From Longimicrobiales bacterium (lineage in GTDB: Bacteria > Gemmatimonadota > Gemmatimonadetes > Longimicrobiales > Gaopeijiaceae): a DNA stretch of 64,000 bases. The stretch spans positions 2,080,001-2,144,000 of the forward strand of contig CBDDCX010000008.1 in assembly GCA_965226375.1 (NCBI GenBank), given 5' to 3'. The position numbers were made by a program, and so were the translations under genes. The notes below the pieces were generated by a model, which was given only the letters and a program-made list of their open reading frames with translations, had not been told where the DNA came from and made no database searches. This document shows positions 1-10,039 of the stretch, in pieces; position 1 is the first letter of the stretch, and every line of letters begins with the position of its first letter.

Positions 1-331
1 GCGCGGCCGCCACGTCGAAGTCCGAGAGTGTGAGGTTACCGGTCAGCATGACGTCGTTGTGGCAGACCACGCAGTACTGCTTCACCACAGCCGTAAGCGA
101 GTCGGCGGGGATCTCTGGGCGGGAGCCCTCCGCCCGGACGGAGAAACTGCTCGGGGCCGGGCCCCGCACCGCCGGACTCGCATAAGCGGCCAGGTACTGT
201 TGGACCGCCGAGTCGAGGACGCCGCCCGATGAGACATCGCTCGACAGGACCTGCGACCGCACCGCGCCGGGGCAGACGATACCGACTGACGCGACGAGGA
301 TCAGAGCACCGAACACGCTGAGTCTCTTCAT
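1..331 (-). CDS. Exported c-type cytochrome domain protein, N-terminus only (DUF1592/planctomycete-cytochrome-like); runs off the left edge
   Basis: Translated by hand, not in the ORF track: ATG at 331 behind GGGAGG, MKRLSVFGALILV (signal-like) ... VVKQYCVVCHNDVMLTGNLTLSDFDVAAA with a CxxCH heme motif. Confidence 0.75.
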   Translation of the reverse strand, partial: MKRLSVFGALILVASVGIVCPGAVRSQVLSSDVSSGGVLDSAVQQYLAAYASPAVRGPAPSSFSVRAEGSRPEIPADSLTAVVKQYCVVCHNDVMLTGNLTLSDFDVAAA

Positions 332-434
332 TTCTCGGCCTCCCGACAGGCACCGGAGGCGACCTGCTTCCCCCGAGACCTCTCGAACCCTTGCGACCAC
401 GACCATCACGCGGACTGGATCGGTGATATGGCTT

Positions 435-1337
435 CTAATTCCCCGATCCGTGCATGGCCGCGTGAATGGCGTTCACCGTGACGTTTGTCCGGAACTCCAT
501 CAATTTACGGCCCACCTCCAGCGCCTGATTGATCGGAGCGATGCTGAGGCCGTTGATCGTGGCCTCGCCCGCCGCCACACGCTGATGGTACCGAACCGCC
601 TCCGGCGACGTCACCATCATCAATGACGTGATATAGAAATCATCGTGGTGCCCGTCATTTACGGTCTCCACGTAGCCCAGCTCCTCCTCCATGTACTTCC
701 CGACGTCGTTGTAGTTGTAGTACTCGGGAATGAAGTAGGCCGTGGCTCCGTTACCGCCCCAACTCTTGTTCAACGCCTTGGCAGCAGCCTCCATTCCGCG
801 CTGGTTCCCACCGCTGTCTCCGATCAGGATGACGTCGGTGAAGCCTTGACTCTTCAGGCTGTTTCCGACGTCCTCGAGCACCATGCGGAAGGTCTCTTGC
901 CGCAGGCTCAGGGTGCCCGGATACGAGATATTCTCCGGGTCTCCTTCGGGAACCAGCTTGAGAACCGGGGTGCAGAGGGCGTTGCCCAGCCTCCTGGCAA
1001 TCTGGTCGCAGGCGCCCTGGAGCACATAGTTGTGCTTGCCGTTGGCCAGATAGGGCCCGTTCTGCTCGACGCCTCCCGTCGGGATGATCGCGGTCGTCTT
1101 TCCCGAGGCGATCTCGTCACGGACCTCGATCCAAGTCAACTCGTCGATCCACACAGAGTTGAGAGCCTCGATCGGGTTCGGCATCTGCATCATTTCCTGA
1201 CGTGCGCGCTCACGCTCCGCCTGACGACGAGCCTGCTGCTCGGGACTCAGTTCACCCCTGGTCTGGACCGCAGCGGCCGGAGCCGAGAATCCAATGGCCA
1301 AAACGACCGCCACGACGGTGGTAAGTGCCTGCTTCAT
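435..1337 (-). CDS. Creatininase-family protein with signal peptide and divergent metal-ligand motifs
   Basis: ELTWIEVRD..IIPTGGVEQNGPYL, YPGTLSL, GDSGGN; start MKQALTT follows a purine-rich RBS. Confidence 0.8.
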   Translation of the reverse strand: MKQALTTVVAVVLAIGFSAPAAAVQTRGELSPEQQARRQAERERARQEMMQMPNPIEALNSVWIDELTWIEVRDEIASGKTTAIIPTGGVEQNGPYLANGKHNYVLQGACDQIARRLGNALCTPVLKLVPEGDPENISYPGTLSLRQETFRMVLEDVGNSLKSQGFTDVILIGDSGGNQRGMEAAAKALNKSWGGNGATAYFIPEYYNYNDVGKYMEEELGYVETVNDGHHDDFYITSLMMVTSPEAVRYHQRVAAGEATINGLSIAPINQALEVGRKLMEFRTNVTVNAIHAAMHGSGN

Positions 1338-1678
1338 GCTGCCCCCTCTTGTCCCAAAAGAACGAACGACGGGTCCACACGCCGGGAACCGGGGCCCACG
1401 ACACAACGTGACCACCGACGCTCGACGTTTCAGTCTGACAAATTAGCGATCGAGAACCGCCACCGCTAACAGTTCTTGTTATTCTCGACAGACGGCCTTG
1501 GATGCCCCTTGGGAGATACGGCTTGGACGCCCATCCCATGATGCGTGAGACAAGACCGAACCGCCGGCTCTCGGCTGGCGCCCCGAGAAGGCGGCACCCA
1601 TGATCGGGGGGCTGCGAAACAGGCTCGGGAACAAGGGCCTCGCGGTCGTATTGGAACGCACACCGTTGGAGGCAAGCG

Positions 1679-3172
1679 ATGAGATCGCTCGGCAGACTAC
1701 ACCGCTGGATCCCGGTTAGCGGCCTATGGGCGGTCTCGTGCGTGGCAGGAGGCGGCTGTGCGGCTCCGGACCGCACCGAATCGTCCGACAGCCCGATCAC
1801 TGGGCAGGCAGAAGCAGCCACGCCGGCCGCCACTCTCGGCGACTACTTCGATGCCGCCGAGTATGCCCAGCGTCGGACCCGTTTGGCCGCAGAGACCGAC
1901 GCCGGTGTCGTGCTGCTCTTCGGGTCCAAAGATCCTATGGACGCTTGGGATGAGCGCCGGTTCGATCCGTACTTCCGCCTACGAGAGTTCAAGCAGACCG
2001 AATCCGTCATCTATCTGACGGGAGTCGAAGAGGCCAGCGCAGTAGTGCTGCTCGAGGGGGATGGAGGCGTCTCGGTGCTCCTCCCGGACGAGGCCGACAG
2101 CGAGGAGGTTCGGGAGCGCCTCTTGGAGCTCGGGATCGATGACGTGCAACCACTCTCGAGCCTGGAGGACAGGCTGACGAGCGCGGTCGAGGGCGGTCTG
2201 CCGCTCTTCATGATGCAGCGAGAGCGCTCCGAGGGCGGGGTCGGGTTCGGCACCGGGGAGAACTTCTCCGACCTGCTGCCCAGCCTGGCCGCCGGGACAA
2301 TGCCCGAAGATCTGGTGGCGGACCGTATCCGGGCCCGCTTCCGCGGCACGGAAGTGCTCAACCTGTTGCCCGCCCTACGCCGCACCTGGAAGGCCAAGTC
2401 TCCGGCCGAGATGCGACTCATGCGCGATGTCGCCCAGATCTCGGTGGGCGGCCTCATTGAAGGCCTGCGCCACGTCCGCCCGGGGGTAGCCGATCGAGAA
2501 GTAGCCGGCCGCATCGAGGGCGAGATGCGGCGGCGTGGCGCCCAGCGACTGGCTTACGCCGCGAACATCCAGTCGGGTCCGAACCTCCAGAAAAGCTTCG
2601 TGGCCCTGTTTCGCGACTACGATGGAGGCAACCGGATCATGCAGGCCGGTGAAATCGTGCTCGTGGATCACTCGGCCGAGTTCAACTACCACATCTCGGA
2701 CATCGCGCGGACGGTGCCGGTCAGTGGCACGTTCTCGCCCGAGTATCGTGCGCTCTACGAACTGTATCTCGTGGCGTACTGGGCGGCCCTGGACGCCATT
2801 CGTCCCGGCAACACCTGGATCGAGGTCGGGAACGCCGCCTCGGCCGCGGTCGCCGATCAGCTCGACGCGATAGAGGACGAGTGGCTCCGAGATGCGGCAA
2901 ACACCTTCGTGCGCCGATACGGTGCGGACAGCGGCGGGCCCGGACACTTCCTAGGCACGAACATCTCGATCCACAACGATCGCACATCTCCGCTGGTCCC
3001 CGGTCAGATCATGGCATTCGAGATGGTGTTATCGGCTCCGGAACGGGGCCTGCGTGTGACTCTGGAGGATGTGGTCGCCGTCACTGCGGACGGCCATGAT
3101 GTCCTGTCCGCGGGATTGCCTACCACGGTGGCAGAGGTAGAGGCCACGGTGGGTGCAGCGTATAGAGACTGA
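1679..3172 (+). CDS. M24 family aminopeptidase P-like, probably exported or lipoprotein
   Basis: EYAQRR, YLTG, KSPAEM, SDIART, GHFLG, LEDVV motifs. Confidence 0.85.
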   Translation: MRSLGRLHRWIPVSGLWAVSCVAGGGCAAPDRTESSDSPITGQAEAATPAATLGDYFDAAEYAQRRTRLAAETDAGVVLLFGSKDPMDAWDERRFDPYFRLREFKQTESVIYLTGVEEASAVVLLEGDGGVSVLLPDEADSEEVRERLLELGIDDVQPLSSLEDRLTSAVEGGLPLFMMQRERSEGGVGFGTGENFSDLLPSLAAGTMPEDLVADRIRARFRGTEVLNLLPALRRTWKAKSPAEMRLMRDVAQISVGGLIEGLRHVRPGVADREVAGRIEGEMRRRGAQRLAYAANIQSGPNLQKSFVALFRDYDGGNRIMQAGEIVLVDHSAEFNYHISDIARTVPVSGTFSPEYRALYELYLVAYWAALDAIRPGNTWIEVGNAASAAVADQLDAIEDEWLRDAANTFVRRYGADSGGPGHFLGTNISIHNDRTSPLVPGQIMAFEMVLSAPERGLRVTLEDVVAVTADGHDVLSAGLPTTVAEVEATVGAAYRD

Positions 3173-3382
3173 GCGCCGGCGTCGACGCGGTCCGTCCGCG
3201 CCAGCGGCCGCTGCGCTCTCCCTCGGGTTGACCGGGTTGGGGACGGGAGAACGTCGAGCTTGCCCAGTGGGCCGCCACGCGCCCATCATGCACTCGATTG
3301 CGCCAACATCCTCCGGAACGGATACCCGGAGAATCAGCCCTCGGCTGTGTGGCTAGGGGTCAACAAAATTTTGGGGTACGTG

Positions 3383-4942
3383 ATGCACAACGACGGATCG
3401 CACGAGCGATTTAATCCTTCCAATCTGACCAGACGCCAGGTTTTGCAACGGTTTGGCATGGTCGGCACTTCGTCCCTCATGATGGGCGCCATGGGCGCTT
3501 GGGACCTGATGGGGCAGCCCGCGGGTCCACGCCCGCGCCTCGCCCGGACGGACGCGGATGCGAAGGTCATCGTGCTCGGTGGTGGGCTGGCCGGATTGGT
3601 GGTCGGTTACGAGCTTGGCAAGCTGGGTTACGACATCCGCATCCTCGAAGCACGCGACCGCGTCGGCGGCTTGATCTGGAGTATCAAGCGGGGTTATGGC
3701 CATACCGAACTCGACGGTGGGGAGACCCAGGAGTGCCAATTCGACGAGGGGCAGTACATCAACGGAGGTGCCTGGCGCATTCCCAATGCCCACGAGGGAG
3801 TCCTCGGGTACTGCCGTGAACTGAACGTCCCTGTCGAAGTCTTCTTGAATACCAGCGACGCCAACTACATGTGGGAGGAAGACCGGGAGCGCGGTGCTCT
3901 CGCCGGCAAGAAGGTTCGCCTGCGTGAGGTCAAAGCCGACCTGTGGGGGTCCACGAACGAGTTGCTCGCCAAGGCATTGGACCAGGGTGAGATCGACGTC
4001 GCCCTCTCGGACGAGGACAAGGAGAAGCTGATCGAGTTCCTGGTGAACTCCGGGTATCTCGACTCAGCGGACTACGTCTACAAGCCGCCCGCACAGCGCG
4101 GCAACGAAGAACGCTACGACCTGAGTGCTCTGCTGCAATCCGGATTCGGAAACCAGGTGCGGTCGCTCGTCCGATCGACCGGTGGAGGCGCGCCGGTCTT
4201 CCAGGCGGTCGGCGGTATGCAGGAGATCCCGGATGCCTTGGCGCGCGCTGTGGGTGACACCCTCAGCATGGGCTCAGCCGTGCAGAGCGTGACCCAAACT
4301 GAAGATGGCGTTCGTGTGGTTTACAAGGATACCCGCACCGGCGAGGAGCGGGAGGAATCAGGCGACTACTGCGTCTGCTGTCTGCCGATGTCCATCCTTC
4401 AGAGGATCGAGGTGAACCTTTCGCCTGAAACGGCAGCCATCGTGGGGGACATCTCCCACAGTGGCAGCGCCAAGGTGGGGCTCCAGATGGCGCGGCGGTT
4501 CTGGGAGGAGGACGACGGGATCTACGGCGGACACATTTACGGCCGCAGTCTCCAGCTCGGCGAGTTCTCGTACCCGTCCAACGGATACTTCACCCAGAAG
4601 GGCGTCCTTCTCGGCTTCTACGGCAACGGGAATACAGGGGACATGGACATGAAGCCTCTGGCCGGGCGGATCGAACACGTCCTGACTCAGTCCAGTAAGA
4701 TCCATCCTCAGATGCGGGAAGAACTCGAGCACGCATACTGCATCTGGTGGGACAAGATCGAGTACAGCCGTGGCGCCTACGGCCGACGCGCGGAGGAGGA
4801 GGACATGGCCCAACTCCACAAGGGTGATGGCCGAATCTACTTCGGATCCGCTGGCGCCGGAGATCAACCGGCCTGGATGGAGGGCGCGATCGAGTCCGCG
4901 TGGCGCTGCGTCGAGAGCGTGCACGCGAGGGCGTCGGCTTAG
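3383..4942 (+). CDS. Flavin monoamine oxidase / L-amino-acid oxidase family, Tat-like signal
   Basis: LTRRQVL twin-arginine motif, GGGLAG, EARDRVGG, GAWRI, WMEGAIES; start codon uncertain. Confidence 0.85.
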   Translation: MHNDGSHERFNPSNLTRRQVLQRFGMVGTSSLMMGAMGAWDLMGQPAGPRPRLARTDADAKVIVLGGGLAGLVVGYELGKLGYDIRILEARDRVGGLIWSIKRGYGHTELDGGETQECQFDEGQYINGGAWRIPNAHEGVLGYCRELNVPVEVFLNTSDANYMWEEDRERGALAGKKVRLREVKADLWGSTNELLAKALDQGEIDVALSDEDKEKLIEFLVNSGYLDSADYVYKPPAQRGNEERYDLSALLQSGFGNQVRSLVRSTGGGAPVFQAVGGMQEIPDALARAVGDTLSMGSAVQSVTQTEDGVRVVYKDTRTGEEREESGDYCVCCLPMSILQRIEVNLSPETAAIVGDISHSGSAKVGLQMARRFWEEDDGIYGGHIYGRSLQLGEFSYPSNGYFTQKGVLLGFYGNGNTGDMDMKPLAGRIEHVLTQSSKIHPQMREELEHAYCIWWDKIEYSRGAYGRRAEEEDMAQLHKGDGRIYFGSAGAGDQPAWMEGAIESAWRCVESVHARASA

Positions 4943-4976
4943 GATCGCAGCAGAGACACTCAGGACGGATAACATT

Positions 4977-5010
4977 AGGGGGACGCCTCGACGGGGGGGC
5001 GTCCCTTCCT
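4977..5010 (+). terminator. GC-rich hairpin, possible terminator or attenuator after the oxidase
   Basis: GGGACGCC(4980-4987)/GGCGTCCC(4998-5005) stem followed by TTCCT. Confidence 0.5.
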
Positions 5011-5077
5011 CACATTCACGGAGCGGTTCGCCGGAACGCCCGGGTCCGCCTCTGAACGACTGAGAGAGTAGCGACGC

Positions 5078-6715
5078 ATGAAGCACGTTCTTCTTGTCCT
5101 GGCCCTTCTGACCACCTCGGGCGCCGGTCCCGGACCGACCGACACCTACCCCAAGAACCCGAACATCGACGCGCTCAACTACGCGTTCCGGCTCACATTG
5201 AGTGACGCCACCGATGAGATCGTAGGGGAAGCGACGATCGACATCCGCTTTCTGGCGGCGGGACTCACGCGGGTGCGATTGGATCTGATCAGTCAGGGAA
5301 GCGACGGGCGGGGAATGGCCGTGAGCGAGGTCACCTCGAGCGACGGCGACGTGACCTTCACCCACGAGAACGACGTGCTGTTCATCACGCTACCGGAGGC
5401 CACACGGGCGAACCAACGCAGCCGGTACACGGTCCACTACCGGGGCATTCCGGCCAGTGGACTCGAGATCGGGCCCAACAAACACGGGGACCGGACCTTC
5501 TTCAGCGACGACTGGCCCAACAAGGCCCGCAACTGGCTACCCACGATCGATCACCCTTACGACAAGGCGACCAGCGAGATGATCGTCACGGCCCCCGACC
5601 ACTACCAGGTGGTCTCCAACGGGCTGAAGATCGAGGAGACCGCACTGCCCGACGGCATGCTCCTCACGCACTGGAAACAGTCGGTACCGATCGCTACGTG
5701 GCTGTACAACCTCGGAGTGGCACGCTTCGCCGTACAGCACGTCGACGACTACATGGGCAAAGCCATTCAGACCTGGGTCTATTATCAGGATCGGGACGCG
5801 GGCTTCTACGACTTCGCCGTCCCCACCAAGCAGGTACTGGAGTTCTACGGAGACTGGGTGGGTCCGTATTCCTACGAGAAACTCGCCAACATCCAGTCGA
5901 ACAGCGTGGGCGGAGGAATGGAGGCGGCGAGCTCGATCTTCTACGGAGACAGGTCGGTCACGGGCGAACGCACGACCCGCTGGCAGAACGTCATCATCCA
6001 CGAGATCGCGCATCAGTGGTTCGGCAACGCGGTTACAGAGTATGACTGGGACGACGTCTGGCTCAGCGAAGGCTTCGCGACCTACTTCACACTCCTGTTT
6101 CGGGAGCACCAGTACGGACGAGACGACTTCGTGGAAGGGTTGAAGGCGAGCCGTGATCGAGTGCGGGCCTACTACGAGGAGAACCCCGACTATCGGATCG
6201 TCCATGACAACCTGGACGACATGAGCAGAGTCACCAGCTCCCAGACCTACCAGAAGGGCGGCTGGACGCTGCACATGCTGCGGGGGATCATCGGGGAGGA
6301 GGCCTTCTGGAGCGGCATCCGCGCCTACTACCGCACGTACCGGGACAAGAACGCCTCGACTGATGACTTCCGCCGAGCCATGGAAGAGGCCTCCGGAAGA
6401 GACCTATCCGGTTTCTTCCACCAGTGGCTCTACCAGGGAGGCGCGCTCGAGTACGAGGGGAGTTGGACGTACGACTCCGGGTCAGGCACCATCGAGGTAG
6501 AGCTGACTCAGGTCCAGGATGACGGCTACTCCTTCAAGATGCCCGTCTCGTTGGGCATCTACGCTCCCGATGGGAGTGAGGTCGGAACAGAGCTGCTCCA
6601 GGTGAACGAAAGGACCAACCGATTCACGATCTCCGTGGACGGGGAACCCGGGTCGGTCGTGCTCGACCCCGACACATGGGTGTTGATGGACGCTGACTTC
6701 GTGCGGAGGAACTGA
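5078..6715 (+). CDS. M1 family zinc aminopeptidase with signal peptide
   Basis: GGME, HEIAHQWFG..WLSEG, YQKG. Confidence 0.92.
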   Translation: MKHVLLVLALLTTSGAGPGPTDTYPKNPNIDALNYAFRLTLSDATDEIVGEATIDIRFLAAGLTRVRLDLISQGSDGRGMAVSEVTSSDGDVTFTHENDVLFITLPEATRANQRSRYTVHYRGIPASGLEIGPNKHGDRTFFSDDWPNKARNWLPTIDHPYDKATSEMIVTAPDHYQVVSNGLKIEETALPDGMLLTHWKQSVPIATWLYNLGVARFAVQHVDDYMGKAIQTWVYYQDRDAGFYDFAVPTKQVLEFYGDWVGPYSYEKLANIQSNSVGGGMEAASSIFYGDRSVTGERTTRWQNVIIHEIAHQWFGNAVTEYDWDDVWLSEGFATYFTLLFREHQYGRDDFVEGLKASRDRVRAYYEENPDYRIVHDNLDDMSRVTSSQTYQKGGWTLHMLRGIIGEEAFWSGIRAYYRTYRDKNASTDDFRRAMEEASGRDLSGFFHQWLYQGGALEYEGSWTYDSGSGTIEVELTQVQDDGYSFKMPVSLGIYAPDGSEVGTELLQVNERTNRFTISVDGEPGSVVLDPDTWVLMDADFVRRN

Positions 6716-6717
6716 TC

Positions 6718-8094
6718 ATGAGACAGACCCTACTACTTCTCGCGGCAGCGCTCGCGATCGCATCGCCTCTCCAGGGCCAACGTGCCTTCGAGCCGCCGGA
6801 CAAGGCGCTCCACAGCCAGCGTCGTGCCAACTTCCGCGACGCGATGGACGGTGGAATCGCCCTCGTCGTCGCGGCCATCGAGAACCAGAATAAGATCTAC
6901 GAAGGCTTCGTGGATCACTCTGATCTGCATGACTTCATCTACCTAACGGGGCTCGAAGCGGACGACGCCTTTGGATCGGCGCTCGTCCTCGCACCCGACG
7001 CTGAGACCTACCGGGAGATCCTCTACACCTCCCAGGACCTAGAGGGGATGGCGGACCTGACCGGCATCGAGCACGTCTACCCGTACGAGCTGTTGACCGA
7101 GCATCTCTCCGATGCCATCACGGATTTCTCGCTCCTTAGGACCCACCAGCGAGGCAGCAAGGATCTCGCAAGCGATCTCTCACGGTCCCTCGGAGACGAC
7201 AAGAACATCTACTTCAACTACCAACGATTCCTGAACCTGGACGAAACGCCGCCCGAGCGACTCGACCTGGCCAATCGGCTTCGTTACTTCTCGCCCGAGG
7301 TCCAGATGAAGGACGCATCGGACATCCTCAACCGCCTTCGCATGATCCACGACGAGGCCTCGATCGCGATGCTCCGCAAGGCGTCCGATATCACGGTCCA
7401 GGCGTTCATGGAGTCGGCCAAGTCCGTCCGCGAGGAGATGACCACCCAGCAGATCGGAGCCATCGTAAACTTCACGTTCGAGTATGAACACGCGGCCCCG
7501 TCCTTCCGCACGGGCGTCTCGCCGTCCGGCCCGGGCGTCGTTCCGAGAAGCGGCGGCCGTGACTGGCCGATCGGAGTTCGCCGCAGACTCGGCCCGTGGC
7601 ACGTGAGTGACGGTCAAATGCTCAGCTACGACATCGGTGCCGAGTACGCACACTTCACGGCGGACTTCGGGCGCACCATCCCGGTCAGCGGCACGTACAC
7701 ACCGGAACAGCGGCGCATCGCCGAGGTCGTGACACGCGTACAAAAACAATTGATCGCTGCCGTGAAACCCGGGGGGACGTTCGCCGGCAGCCAGGCCCTC
7801 AAGGACCGGCTCATGTCAGAGGTCGGACTCCGTGACGTAACCAACACCTACGGCATCAGTCACTTCGTCGGTATGGAGATCCACGACGTCGGCTTCTATG
7901 ACATCCCTTGGGAACCGGGCATGTGCTTCGTCATCGAGTGGAGCGTAAGCCACGAGGATTGGTCGATTCGCTTCGAGGACGTGATCCTGGTTACTGAGGA
8001 CGGGCACGAGTGGCTAACGGGGCACTCACCCATCGAGCCCGACGAGATTGAGGCTCTCATGGCCCAGCAGGGTGTTTGGGAGGGTGGGCGGTAG
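6718..8094 (+). CDS. M24 Xaa-Pro aminopeptidase family with signal peptide
   Basis: YDIGAE, ADFGRT, SHFVGMEIHD, IE, FEDVIL. Confidence 0.88.
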   Translation: MRQTLLLLAAALAIASPLQGQRAFEPPDKALHSQRRANFRDAMDGGIALVVAAIENQNKIYEGFVDHSDLHDFIYLTGLEADDAFGSALVLAPDAETYREILYTSQDLEGMADLTGIEHVYPYELLTEHLSDAITDFSLLRTHQRGSKDLASDLSRSLGDDKNIYFNYQRFLNLDETPPERLDLANRLRYFSPEVQMKDASDILNRLRMIHDEASIAMLRKASDITVQAFMESAKSVREEMTTQQIGAIVNFTFEYEHAAPSFRTGVSPSGPGVVPRSGGRDWPIGVRRRLGPWHVSDGQMLSYDIGAEYAHFTADFGRTIPVSGTYTPEQRRIAEVVTRVQKQLIAAVKPGGTFAGSQALKDRLMSEVGLRDVTNTYGISHFVGMEIHDVGFYDIPWEPGMCFVIEWSVSHEDWSIRFEDVILVTEDGHEWLTGHSPIEPDEIEALMAQQGVWEGGR

Positions 8095-8127
8095 AACCGC
8101 TACTCGGGAGACGTGCGGGCCTTCCGA

Positions 8128-8451
8128 CTACGGGGAGTACGAGGCGTACGACTGCGCCCAATTCGCTACCACTAGTACCAAAGTCGTCAGGCAGCCGACC
8201 GCCCACAGCGAGAAGCGACCGAGTCGGGTCAACCGTCCACTCCGCATGAAGAGACGCGGAAGAGCGATCGAGAAACAACCTACATAGGTTCCCATCGCGT
8301 GCGCGCCGAACGGCAATCGCCTGGTCCCTTCAGTCGACTTCAGCCATGTGTACATCAGGTCGCCGAAGGCCGGCTCGAAGATCCGTTCGCGTATCTCGCG
8401 CGGTAGCAGGCGGCCGAGTAGGCGCCATCGCTCCACACCACCTTCACGCAC
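8128..8451 (-). CDS. Small PadR-associated membrane protein
   Basis: GTG start overlaps the PadR 3' end; RLLGRLLPREIRERIF..GDL helix plus hydrophobic C-terminal segments. Confidence 0.6.
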   Translation of the reverse strand: MREGGVERWRLLGRLLPREIRERIFEPAFGDLMYTWLKSTEGTRRLPFGAHAMGTYVGCFSIALPRLFMRSGRLTRLGRFSLWAVGCLTTLVLVVANWAQSYASYSP

Positions 8452-8773
8452 TGGCCAGCCCCTTCCGCCCGTCGAAGCCCCGGATAGCCTCCAGGTAGAA
8501 ATCCCGGCTCCCTTCCCACGCGCGCGTGCCATCCGCAGTGATCTTGTAGTGACGCTCGCGGATGATCTGGCTGTCGACGATCTCCTGATGGTAGGTGCCG
8601 GCGACCAGTCCCGAGTCCTCGAGCCGCGACATGAGCTGATAAAAGGCGGGGCCGCTCTTCTTTACCCCGAAGCCATTCAGCCGTCCTCGGATCTCCCGCC
8701 CCGGCACGCTCTGCCTCCTCAGAATCCCGACGACGAGAAACTGCAGGTGCGAAAGCCTTGGAACACCGGCCAT
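8444..8773 (-). CDS. PadR family transcriptional regulator
   Basis: GREI..GPAFYQLMSRLEDSGLV..RHYKITADG winged-helix pattern. Confidence 0.85.
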   Translation of the reverse strand: MAGVPRLSHLQFLVVGILRRQSVPGREIRGRLNGFGVKKSGPAFYQLMSRLEDSGLVAGTYHQEIVDSQIIRERHYKITADGTRAWEGSRDFYLEAIRGFDGRKGLASA

Positions 8774-8803
8774 GTTGACTGGTCCAGTAAAGTAATGTAC
8801 CGT

Positions 8804-8824
8804 TATGTTACTCGATGTGACATA
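8804..8824. promoter_or_regulatory. Inverted repeat, putative PadR operator between divergent genes
   Basis: TATGTTAC-N5-GTGACATA (one mismatch) in an AT-rich intergenic region. Confidence 0.55.
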
Positions 8825-8870
8825 TCTAAGATGGAGGGATGTCGGGATGGCGTCAACGGAGCGAAGGCGA

Positions 8871-9254
8871 ATGCAAAAGGCCTTAGCCATCGGCGTGTGG
8901 GCTCTGATCGTGTTCGAACTACAGATCGGCCTCACCGGAGTAGCCAAGTTCGGCGATGGGCCGTGGCGGGCGTGGTTCGAGGGATGGGGGTACCCGCCCT
9001 GGTTCCTTCTCGCGATCGGCATAGCAGAGCTCGGAGGGGCAGTGACCCTTATCATGAAGAAATTCGCCAGCTATGCCGCCATGCTGCTCATCGGCATCAT
9101 GATGGGCGCACTGTGGACCGTAACGATCAAGGAGTCACAACTCGGGCCCGACGGTCCGATCATCCACATCGTGATCCTCAGCCTCATCCTCTGGGGACGA
9201 TGGAAGCACCGGTGGCGGCCGGGGAGCATCCATGGAGCGCAGCCGGTCGTGTGA
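8871..9254 (+). CDS. DoxX family membrane protein
   Basis: GVAKF..FEGWGYPPWF..IGIAELGGA..MMGA. Confidence 0.75.
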   Translation: MQKALAIGVWALIVFELQIGLTGVAKFGDGPWRAWFEGWGYPPWFLLAIGIAELGGAVTLIMKKFASYAAMLLIGIMMGALWTVTIKESQLGPDGPIIHIVILSLILWGRWKHRWRPGSIHGAQPVV

Positions 9255-9373
9255 CGAACGAGCGCGCTCCTGCTTCAAGCTTGGGGAACCCACTTCTGGG
9301 GTCCGCGCGTTCGGGTGGGCGAGACACGAAACCAACGCCCGAACGGGCTTCCCGATAGATGGAGTTCTTCGAA

Positions 9374-9814
9374 ATGACGACGCCTGCTTTCACTCTGCCT
9401 CGCACCTTCAAGATGGTCACCCTCATTCTCGCCAGCGCCGCGCTTGTGGCCTGCGACGACGACGCCACCGGAATCGATCGCAACCAAGGCTCGGCCGACG
9501 CCGCCGTCGGTAGTGTCCAGGGACTCGTTACCGCGAACGGCCAGGGGGTCTCCGGCATCGCCGCTCGGTTCAGCCGGGACGGTGTCCCTATCTTGTTGGT
9601 CGAAACCGACGCTGACGGGCGGTTCTTTCTCGACGCGCTTCCGGTGGGCGAGTACGAGGTCGAGTTGCAGACGCTGGGCCGCTTCGAGCTTCCCGCGGAC
9701 GCCGACACCCGTCGCGCGATCACCACTCAATCGGTGTTCATCTTCGGTGGCATCACGGTCAATGTGGATTTCGATCTGTTCGAAAAGGCCGAGGACCTCC
9801 AAAACGGTGGCTGA
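9374..9814 (+). CDS. Lipoprotein with carboxypeptidase-regulatory-like beta domain
   Basis: LVAC lipobox; GSVQGLVT, TDADGRFFL..LPVGEYEV; start uncertain (9359/9374/9413). Confidence 0.65.
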   Translation: MTTPAFTLPRTFKMVTLILASAALVACDDDATGIDRNQGSADAAVGSVQGLVTANGQGVSGIAARFSRDGVPILLVETDADGRFFLDALPVGEYEVELQTLGRFELPADADTRRAITTQSVFIFGGITVNVDFDLFEKAEDLQNGG

Positions 9815-9878
9815 GGAACGAGACGCCACGCCGGGCCGTGTAGCGTAAGCGGTCGGCGAGACAAGTCCAGGTCCCACG

Positions 9879-9917
9879 AGGGGTCGGGCGCCTTAGGCGT
9901 CCGGCCCCTTGTTCGTT
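9879..9917 (+). terminator. Probable intrinsic terminator
   Basis: AGGGGTCGGGCGCC-TTA-GGCGTCCGGCCCCT hairpin with G-U pairs, followed by TGTTCGTT. Confidence 0.55.
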
Positions 9918-10039
9918 GCGAGCGCTCTCCTCCCGTGCTCACACGACCGATGATAGGCCAGTGATACCCCCACGCTACTGTCCGTGACGCTTGCAGCCCC
10001 CCCAGGGCAGCGCACGGATTCCCAGCACCAGGAGAACCG

